The notes beneath the pieces were generated by a model. That model ran no database searches, was not told where the DNA came from, and saw only the letters and a list, made by a program, of their open reading frames with translations. DNA of 24,000 nt from Methanobacteriota archaeon (GTDB taxonomy: Archaea > Thermoplasmatota > Thermoplasmata > SG8-5). The position numbers and the translations under genes are program-made. This document shows, one piece after another, positions 14,506 to 21,079 of the stretch (positions are counted from its first letter, which is position 1; the number at the start of each line of letters is the position of its first letter). The stretch covers positions 1 through 24,000 of the forward strand of contig VMTD01000001.1 in the NCBI GenBank assembly GCA_013791785.1, given 5' to 3'.

Positions 14506-15720
14506 TCAGATTGACCGCTTCCGCTCATCCAGAAGAAACTTCCACATGGGCCGCAATTCCATGCCGTTCACGGTTTCCTCCCGGGTCCGGGTCAGGATGA
14601 GCCTAGTCTTGTATTTCCGAAGGGCCTCCATGCTCTTCATATCCTGAACGTCGACCGTATCCTTGTACTTCACTTCCCAGGCAGTTTTATCGTGAACGAA
14701 ATCCACTTCCAGACCCGAGGAACGGTGGTATCGGATTGTTCCCCTGTCCTTCAATGTCAGATAGACTAGATTTTCCGCGCGGGCGCCGGTGTTGACATGC
14801 TCCGTTAGAACGTTCAAAAGTCCGTTGTCAGCGATGTATATCTTTCTTGGGGACGCCTTGCGCTCGGATGCTTTTCCATCCTTCTCCACCAGATATATCA
14901 GGCCGGCCTCCACAAGTAATTCCACTATCCGACTAACTGTCTCGACCGGTATGCCCAATACTCGGGAAATCTTCCTTATGCTGATGGGGGAGCCGACACT
15001 CTGAGCGGCCAAAGAAAGAATATTCCTCAGATTGCTGCTGGAACGGATATCATGCCTGGCAGCTATGTCCCTGTAAAGGATGCTGTCCACAAGGGCCTGG
15101 AGGACGTTGACATCGCCGGTTCTCACATATTCAGGCATTCCTCCGGTCTCCATGTATTCTTCCGCCAGTCCGGGATACAGATGCTGATTGGCTGGCGAGA
15201 CGGTTTTTCCGGTGAAGGCCAGATATTCATTGAAATCCAGGGGAGAAACATGTACCAATCTTTGCCTGCCAGTCAAATACGGACTTTTCATGATTATGTC
15301 CAGACTGGCCGAACCGGATGCGAATATCTTGACATTCCCCATGTCGTAAAGATTCTTGAGCTGTATCTCGAATCGGTCTTTGAAATGAACCTCATCCAGA
15401 AAAAGATATGCGAAATCGCCATGTTCGAGTTTCGATAAACGCCTGAATTCTTCGACAATGTCCAGTATCGTGTGTTTCTCGAGAGACATGTGGTCCAGCG
15501 AAACATAGAATATTTTTTTGGGATCGACTCCGCCCAGGAGTGTGTGAATTATCTGGTGGATTAGCGTGGTCTTCCCCACTCGCCTCAGCCCGGTTATCAA
15601 AATCACATCTTTCGAGTCCTTTAGTTCCAGTAACCTGGATACATAATTTTTCCGGGGTATTCCCGGGAAATCGAAATCTCCATCCCACCATGGATTGAAT
15701 CTGTGCAAAATGGATTCCAT
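14506..15720 (-). CDS. AAA+ ATPase of the AAA_14/DUF4143 family (COG1373-type) with a C-terminal PD-(D/E)xK-like module
   Basis: The N-terminus (RFNPWW...) is typical of this family. Walker A is GLRRVGKTT and Walker B is YLFLDEVH. The C-terminal ENLVYLTL...GLEVDFVHDKTAWEVKY fits the DUF4143 E...D...ExK pattern. A TATA-like box (minus strand ttttatata) at 15743-15751 is about 27 nt from the ATG. Confidence 0.88.
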   Translation of the reverse strand: MESILHRFNPWWDGDFDFPGIPRKNYVSRLLELKDSKDVILITGLRRVGKTTLIHQIIHTLLGGVDPKKIFYVSLDHMSLEKHTILDIVEEFRRLSKLEHGDFAYLFLDEVHFKDRFEIQLKNLYDMGNVKIFASGSASLDIIMKSPYLTGRQRLVHVSPLDFNEYLAFTGKTVSPANQHLYPGLAEEYMETGGMPEYVRTGDVNVLQALVDSILYRDIAARHDIRSSSNLRNILSLAAQSVGSPISIRKISRVLGIPVETVSRIVELLVEAGLIYLVEKDGKASERKASPRKIYIADNGLLNVLTEHVNTGARAENLVYLTLKDRGTIRYHRSSGLEVDFVHDKTAWEVKYKDTVDVQDMKSMEALRKYKTRLILTRTREETVNGMELRPMWKFLLDERKRSI

Positions 15721-15866
15721 GATGCAATATAGGCGGCAATAGTATATAAAAGTGTCCTACCACACCATCTCACTTTTCATCAAAAGTGTACTATCGTACC
15801 ATGACACTTATGAAAATCCCCGTTCAACGCCATCCATGCCTGGAAGTCCCGCGCGGCCGTCATCAG

Positions 15867-16299
15867 AATGTCAGTTTGATGGGGTGCCGTTGTTACCCCG
15901 GCCTCACAGCCGAGGCTTCACAGTTGAAGATTGCAAAATGCACCATTTGTTTGGAAGAATATCACTTGATGCCAGAATAGTATAAAACCCCACCCTCACA
16001 GGTGGGGCATGCTGGTTGCAAAATGACGTGCGGGCATGTGTGCCGAGGCAGGGGTATGTTGTGGACAAACTCCTCTGAACCCGCCCAACCCCAATCTTCA
16101 CCACGGCACCGCCCATCCTCATCATGCCCCGTCTAAATCGCTGCTCATGAAACCTGGAGGGCGGGGTACTCGCCATTGAATTCGAAAAATTCGATGTCGT
16201 GTGACACGATTCCCGTATCATCCTTTGGGAGCCTCGCCTGTGAGGGCGGGGGGGTGTTTAAATCGGCGCTCAAACTGGCCCCAGGGCTCCGGCACCGGC
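15867..16299. repeat. Structured repeat family, copy C (full length, about 433 bp), MITE-like, with imperfect terminal inverted repeats
   Basis: The left arm starting CAGTTTGA (15872) and the right arm ending TCAAACTG (16277) align as inverted repeats over about 50 bp, roughly 70 percent identity by eye. Hairpins:
- 15896-15915
- 15988-16007: CCCCACC-ctcaca-GGTGGGG
- 16127-16166
- 16174-16196
- 16232-16251: CCTCGCC-tgtgag-GGCGGGG
The copy ends about 11 nt from the lysS stop codon. Confidence 0.85.
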
Positions 16300-16310
16300 T
16301 AGCCCGTTGG

Positions 16311-17921
16311 CTATAAATCGACTTTGACCCCATGTTTTTCAGGGTGTGGTTCTGAGAAGTGTTTGATTCTATCTGTCACAAATTTTTGATCCAGCGACGC
16401 CAGGAAATATCCGAGCCTCGGCCCTTTTGTATGGTTCAGGAATATTCGATACATCAGTTTGAACATATCACCTGCTTTGATTCCATGGCTTACGGCATTC
16501 TCATGGATAGCATTATGAATCTTGTCGGGGGTCCAATCAATTATTTTCATTTGGTCTAGAAGATCATCCAGTGCATACTTTTGCAGTTCAGAAATTTCTG
16601 TTGCAGGGGGTTCTATCTGAAGCTGAAATACCATATCCTCGGGTGCGTGGGTTGCGAGCCATACTTTTACCGCGTTCACTTTTATCTTCAAACGGCGTTC
16701 ATGCTCCGGTGTCATCTGGCTGAGATTGTCCGTGCGGGAGAGGGTCTCCAAAATGTGGTCCCAGTCCCTGCTGACCTGCACCGTGGAAATGAGATGCGAA
16801 TAGGATACCTGGCTGAATGTTTCCGGCACACCTGAAATCTGTGAAATCTCGTAGTTTCTTCCCACATCCTCGATTTCCTTTTCAGGAAGCCCGGTCTCCA
16901 GGCCGAAATATGCGCGCTCCGCGGTCTCATATTCCTCTGCCAGCTTCATAATTCCCAGGCCGAAATCAACGTCCTTGTGGCTTGTCGGATTGGAACGGAT
17001 AAAGAAGTAACGGGCGATTTCCGGTGTGGCGATATCAACAAATTCGCCGATAGTGAGTACCCGGCCAACGGATTTACCGAGCCTCTTGCCGCCTTCTGTG
17101 ACTATCCACTCATAAGGCACCGCCAGCGGTGCGGGCGAGTTGAAAATTTGCTCGCATATCGCTTTTCCTGTTTCGTAGGTTCCGCCCGCGGCCATTAGGT
17201 CCTTTCCCATGGGCTCGAACGTTACACCGAGATGGCTCCATCTGGCGGCCCATTCCACCCTCCAGGGCAATTTTCCTTGCCGAATTCCTGCTTGACCCTC
17301 GTGACCGCAGCCGGGGATGAAATTCTTTCCTGCGGTTCCGCCCTTGCAACGGTAGCTTACCTTCTGACCGTCCCAGGCATATGCTTGGGTCGTTAGTATG
17401 CAACCGCAGTTCTCGCAGATTGCAAAGAACGGCAGCCAGTTATCATCTCTCTCGCTTCCAGAAACCTCCTTGATGATTGCGGTTATTTCGGCGGCCTTGT
17501 CCAGAGCGATTTTCACGACCTCATCATACTTGCCGTCGCGATACATTTGGGCGACCGAGACCGGTTCCGGTCTAACATCTATTCTTTCAAGATTTTCAAG
17601 AAATGGCCTTGTGAAATGGTCAGCGAATGAATCGCAGCAACCGTCCGGGCAGGGCAGAACGTACGCTGGCTGTCCCAGATACTGCTCAAACTCCTTCGGT
17701 AACTGTGGCGGTATCTTCCTCAGCCCGTCCAGGTCGTCCATGGCCCAGATGGTCTTGCATTCACCGCCGCCTGCAATTATGGCCTTGGCTATGCCGTCGG
17801 AAATAATCAGATCCTCGGCGCTGCCAAGGTGCGGCTCTCCCGAGATGGAGGTGCCGCTCTCGACAAAGTGTTTCTTGCCCCTGCCAAGCAGCTGCTCGGC
17901 ATAAACGTCTACCCAGTGCAT
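16311..17921 (-). CDS. lysS: Lysyl-tRNA synthetase, class I (archaeal LysK type)
   Basis: 536-aa ORF. The N-terminus HWVDVYAEQLL...SGTSISGEPHLGS sits where the class I HIGH-like region is expected. Length and overall architecture match class I LysRS rather than the class II enzyme. Confidence 0.85.
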   Translation of the reverse strand: MHWVDVYAEQLLGRGKKHFVESGTSISGEPHLGSAEDLIISDGIAKAIIAGGGECKTIWAMDDLDGLRKIPPQLPKEFEQYLGQPAYVLPCPDGCCDSFADHFTRPFLENLERIDVRPEPVSVAQMYRDGKYDEVVKIALDKAAEITAIIKEVSGSERDDNWLPFFAICENCGCILTTQAYAWDGQKVSYRCKGGTAGKNFIPGCGHEGQAGIRQGKLPWRVEWAARWSHLGVTFEPMGKDLMAAGGTYETGKAICEQIFNSPAPLAVPYEWIVTEGGKRLGKSVGRVLTIGEFVDIATPEIARYFFIRSNPTSHKDVDFGLGIMKLAEEYETAERAYFGLETGLPEKEIEDVGRNYEISQISGVPETFSQVSYSHLISTVQVSRDWDHILETLSRTDNLSQMTPEHERRLKIKVNAVKVWLATHAPEDMVFQLQIEPPATEISELQKYALDDLLDQMKIIDWTPDKIHNAIHENAVSHGIKAGDMFKLMYRIFLNHTKGPRLGYFLASLDQKFVTDRIKHFSEPHPEKHGVKVDL

Positions 17922-17943
17922 GTTACAACATCCGGTAATTAAC

Positions 17944-18552
17944 TCAGGCCGAGAGGGTCCTGGCGCTGACGACGGAACGTATCGGAACGCCGTCGATTTC
18001 TTTCAATTGTGTCTTGTTTACAATCGTCAGGATGAGCTTCGGTTCAGCGCCCATGTTTTTCAGGTCTGTAATGGCCTTCTCCATGGTCTCGCCCGTACCG
18101 ATGACATCATCGACCACGACAATGTTCTTTCCGCTGACATTTGCATAATTGGAACTCAAGGCGCCGGAATTCACTTTTTTATCCGGGGGCCTGTAAACTG
18201 AAAACTCTATGTCCAACTCGTCCGATATATGAGTGGCCAGCGGTATGCCGTTTATGGCAACGCCAACGGCGGTCTGAACCTCGAAATCCCTGTTCTCGGC
18301 TTCCTCCAGAATTATATCAACGAGTATGGATGACATGAGCGATATACGGCTTCCGAAGACGCCCACCGAAGTCCAACCGATTTTGGTGTCCTGGGGTGTG
18401 TCCGTGGGAGCGGTCTTGGACTTTATGCCCTTGGTCAATAGCCAAACAATGGTATTTTCCGAGAGATGCAGTTCCCTGGCTATCTCCTTGTCGTTCATGC
18501 CGCTCTGCTTGAGCTCCAACGCCCTCTGGGCGATGCTGTCTATTCCTTTCAT
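17944..18552 (-). CDS. GfcR / PyrE-like protein (N-terminal HTH fused to a phosphoribosyltransferase domain), a transcriptional regulator
   Basis: An HTH (GMNDKEIARELHLSENTIVWLL) is followed by a PRTase fold with the PRPP-binding loop IVVVDDVIGTGET. This architecture is characteristic of the archaeal orotate-phosphoribosyltransferase-like regulator family. The gene is 22 nt upstream of lysS on the same strand. Confidence 0.82.
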   Translation of the reverse strand: MKGIDSIAQRALELKQSGMNDKEIARELHLSENTIVWLLTKGIKSKTAPTDTPQDTKIGWTSVGVFGSRISLMSSILVDIILEEAENRDFEVQTAVGVAINGIPLATHISDELDIEFSVYRPPDKKVNSGALSSNYANVSGKNIVVVDDVIGTGETMEKAITDLKNMGAEPKLILTIVNKTQLKEIDGVPIRSVVSARTLSA

Positions 18553-18748
18553 TTTTTCACCTTGCGAAATCGTGATACCGGGCGACGTATAAAAAGTTGT
18601 GTTTCGTTGTCATGCGAGAAAGCGAGGTTATGGCCTTGGTTTTGCTATGCCATGCGGTGCAAAAAAATTCGAATATATGCATAATACTTATACTACGCAA
18701 ATTATATATGATAAAAAAGAGGTATGGGACAGAAGCGGAGGGGCACAG

Positions 18749-19444
18749 ATGAAAGTCAATCGAATCAAAACATACGTGAAAGGACTGGACGAGGTCATAC
18801 AGGGTGGAATACCGGATGGTTCGGTGATACTGGTAGCAGGTAAGCCAGGCACAATGAAATCATCTTTCGCCTTCAACATCCTTTACCACAATGCAAACAG
18901 AGAGGACAAGAGCGGCGTTTACGTCACGCTGGAACAGGGACGGGAGAGTCTCCTCACCAACATGGACGGCCTGGGCATGAAGCTCGGCGGCCTGGAGAAG
19001 GAAATTAGCGTTCTTGACCTGGGCATGATAAGAAAGAAGCTGGTCCAGCTCACCAACCAGACATGGATGGAGGTCTTCAAGATGTATCTGAAGAACCTCA
19101 AGAAGAACATGGACATCAACCTGGTTGTTATTGATTCTCTTCCAATTCTTGAGGTCATGGCAAGGTTTGACAGCCCCCGTGAGGAGTTATTCCATTTCTT
19201 CGAATGGCTCAGGGATATGCAGGTTACGGCGTTCCTCATCACCGAGATGGAGCAGGGCTCGGAGAAGTTCTGCCACAACAGCGAGGATTTCCTCGCCGAC
19301 GGCATCATTCACCTGGACCTGAGGCGCGATGAGACCGACGTAAAGCTATGGCTCAGCGTCGTGAAGATGCGTCAGACCAATCACAAGAGGAATTATCTCC
19401 CGCTGATATTCGACAAGGACGGATTCGAGGTCGTTACGGATTAA
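18749..19444 (+). CDS. Single-domain KaiC-like / RecA-superfamily ATPase with an atypical Walker A
   Basis: I prefer the ATG at 18749, preceded by GGAGGGG. MKVNRIKTYVKGLDEVIQGGIPDGSVILVAGKPGTMKS matches the KaiC/RadA-like N-terminus. Walker B is LVVIDSL. The P-loop reads GKPGTMKS (nt 18839-18862) instead of GxPGTGK(S/T). Confidence 0.82.
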   Translation: MKVNRIKTYVKGLDEVIQGGIPDGSVILVAGKPGTMKSSFAFNILYHNANREDKSGVYVTLEQGRESLLTNMDGLGMKLGGLEKEISVLDLGMIRKKLVQLTNQTWMEVFKMYLKNLKKNMDINLVVIDSLPILEVMARFDSPREELFHFFEWLRDMQVTAFLITEMEQGSEKFCHNSEDFLADGIIHLDLRRDETDVKLWLSVVKMRQTNHKRNYLPLIFDKDGFEVVTD

Positions 19445-19483
19445 GCACCCCAATGAATTCCCCGGCCCGGGATTAGAATAATC

Positions 19484-20542
19484 TTATTCCCCATCAATGG
19501 CCAGAATCTTCCTGACAATCGGTCCGAAGGCGATGTCCTTCATGGTCACCATGCAGGGTATCATGTATTTTGACGTTTCGGGCATCTCGGCCAGATAATC
19601 ATTTTCCTTGAGATACTGGACCATGGGTGTGTGCATCTGCCTGTAATCCTCATAATCGAGATAGGCGGATATGGCAATGCAATCGTACTTCCTTGTGGCC
19701 AGGAGTATGGTGGCCGGGTCTTGGAGGACGCCGGATGCCAGAAGCGCATCGTCCAACGGTTTTCTCGGGTTGAAACGTATGTGGGAGAGGGTCATGACCT
19801 TGAAACCCAGCTTCAGCATGTTCGGTATCCGTTTCCGAATGATGAGGTTCTCGGATTCCATCTTCTTTCTGGACCTGGATATTATGTGCCTGCTCATTCC
19901 CAGATGGTTCGCGAGTTCCCTGTCGTTCATCTCCGGATTGGATACGAGACCGTACATGACCTTCTTTTCGCTGGCAGTGAGTTCCACCGGCCTGGAATCG
20001 GACGGCATGCCCATGGGAAGGTCCCGGGGCAGGTCAAAGCCGGTCTTGCTGGCCAACACTGGGGCATAGTCCAGAAATCGGGGTATATGACTCAGGTAGA
20101 ATGGAAACTGAACCGCCGTGGGGTGCTGTCGGTCCAGTATTCCGGCCTTTGCGAACGTGCCGATTCTGATATCATTGATTCTGCAGATGTCGGAATAATT
20201 TCTTGCGATGTTGAGAGAAAAACCCTTGTGCGTCTCACCCACCGAATACACCAGTTCATCGAACACCTCCACGGTATTTCTGGTGATCTCCGCGCGTTCG
20301 CCAACCGAGATTGCAGGGTTGAATTCCGTGTAAATCACAGCGAACATCTCCGCACCCAGTCTTTGTATAATTGGAATCTTGACTGTGGAATAATAATCCC
20401 TGTCCCGGAGTTTTTTTCTCACCGTGCAGAATGTGGAATAACGGAGCCCGAGCTTTGCGGCAAGATGCTGGTCATTGAGGTCCGGGAAGGCCACAAGTCC
20501 GTTCAACACCAATTTCTCGTTCTTGGACATTTCTGATATCAT
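19484..20542 (-). CDS. Internally duplicated wHTH (Lrp/AsnC- or MarR-like) transcriptional regulator
   Basis: Two 68-aa modules, residues 16-83 (nt 20315-20518) and 199-266 (nt 19766-19969), align without gaps at 23 of 68 identities (EK.V..GLV..P..ND..LA..LG...RKK...IP...LG...FNP). Residues are numbered from the ORF-track TTG start at 20563. Each module is an HTH followed by a beta-rich segment. I prefer the ATG at 20542 or 20530. Confidence 0.72.
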   Translation of the reverse strand: MISEMSKNEKLVLNGLVAFPDLNDQHLAAKLGLRYSTFCTVRKKLRDRDYYSTVKIPIIQRLGAEMFAVIYTEFNPAISVGERAEITRNTVEVFDELVYSVGETHKGFSLNIARNYSDICRINDIRIGTFAKAGILDRQHPTAVQFPFYLSHIPRFLDYAPVLASKTGFDLPRDLPMGMPSDSRPVELTASEKKVMYGLVSNPEMNDRELANHLGMSRHIISRSRKKMESENLIIRKRIPNMLKLGFKVMTLSHIRFNPRKPLDDALLASGVLQDPATILLATRKYDCIAISAYLDYEDYRQMHTPMVQYLKENDYLAEMPETSKYMIPCMVTMKDIAFGPIVRKILAIDGE

Positions 20543-20727
20543 CGCGTAGTAATGCACAAACAAGGATTAGTACCTTTCGATTTTTTTAATTGCTTAGTTA
20601 CATGAATATACCCATAAAATCATAATAATGTGCGGTACAACAATATAATACTGCAAATATATACGCATATAACACCATTAAATACAAAAATAGTAACACG
20701 AGAATTTCGATTAATCCACCACCGCTA

Positions 20728-20738
20728 TTTTTATATAA
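20728..20738 (+). promoter_or_regulatory. TATA-box-like element (tttttatataa) at the edge of an about 200-bp AT-rich tract
   Basis: It lies about 30-35 nt upstream of the ATG at 20768 on the plus strand. The AT-rich tract (about 20570-20760) also sits upstream of the divergent regulator gene. Confidence 0.4.
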
Positions 20739-20820
20739 TTAAATGAATATATGTCCGCTTGGAAACTATGACAAATTTTGCATTGCGTGAAGAGTATCGA
20801 AAAGTGAAGAAGTCGAAGAG

Positions 20821-20952
20821 ATGAAAGAGGAACACAAGGAAAGGATGAAAAATTGCCGTTTATCGCAGGACTCTGGCAGTAAACTACCAGCCCCCAAAGT
20901 GGCTGGCGTTTGTTGCCAGGGCTGGAAGTTTACCCAGGGGCCATGCACCTGA
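20821..20952 (+). CDS. Candidate 43-aa Cys-rich micro-protein (MKEEHKERMKNCRLSQDSGSKLPAPKVAGVCCQGWKFTQGPCT), speculative
   Basis: My own translation; the ORF is below the 60-aa cutoff of the supplied track. Its ATG overlaps the TGA of an 18-aa ORF (20768-20824, MTNFALREEYRKVKKSKR) in an ATGA junction. It lies downstream of a TATA-like box and upstream of three hairpins and a T6 tract. No homology is recognised. It could equally be a non-coding RNA. Confidence 0.25.
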   Translation: MKEEHKERMKNCRLSQDSGSKLPAPKVAGVCCQGWKFTQGPCT

Positions 20953-21038
20953 TTTATCAAAGCCTGACAGCTTTGATTTCATGTGCAAATATCTGCACAC
21001 GATGCATGGCGGGTCATGCATATGAGCATGGCGGTCTG

Positions 21039-21044
21039 TTTTTT
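21039..21044 (+). terminator. T6 tract following three hairpins (20956-20977, 20983-20998, 21002-21021), a candidate archaeal terminator for the small plus-strand unit
   Basis: The hairpins are ATCAAAGC-ctgaca-GCTTTGAT, GTGCA-aatatc-TGCAC and ATGCATG-gcgggt-CATGCAT, followed by ctgttttttgtt. Oligo-T tracts are the known archaeal termination signal. Confidence 0.4.
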
Positions 21045-21079
21045 GTTCAGATTCGTGTAAATGGCCTCTCATCCCTGGC

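Noticed and set aside
9741-16299. Possibility that the GC-rich hairpin repeats are a CRISPR array.
   Set aside because: There is no regular short repeat-spacer periodicity. The hairpins are parts of a roughly 430-bp unit separated by kilobases of genes, and no cas genes are present.
9741-16299. Integron-like cassette array with attC sites.
   Set aside because: The cassette-like layout is suggestive. However, the repeats are far longer than attC sites (about 430 bp versus roughly 60-140 bp). I could not find the R''/R' core sites (RYYYAAC / GTTRRRY) at their ends, and no intI is present. At least two cassette genes also carry their own TATA-like promoters. A proper HattCI/IntegronFinder run would settle it.
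15867-16299. IS200/IS605-derived palindrome-associated element (PATE). This was prompted by the subterminal hairpins and a TTAC just upstream of hairpin 1.
   Set aside because: In IS200/IS605 elements the left and right end hairpins are recognised on the same strand and resemble each other in the same orientation. Here the left and right hairpins are reverse complements (loop CTCACA versus TGTGAG), which is a conventional inverted-repeat arrangement. No tnpA or tnpB is in the window.
20693-20700. GTAACACG in the AT-rich tract matches the cbiM-proximal site (6903-6910), with a TAACAC direct repeat at 20670 and 20694.
   Set aside because: An 8-mer recurrence is expected by chance at this window size, and there is no palindromic partner.
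20570-20760. AT-rich tract as a replication origin.
   Set aside because: I could not find repeated origin-recognition-box-like elements or inverted ORB pairs, and no cdc6/orc1 gene is adjacent. Divergent promoters are a simpler explanation.
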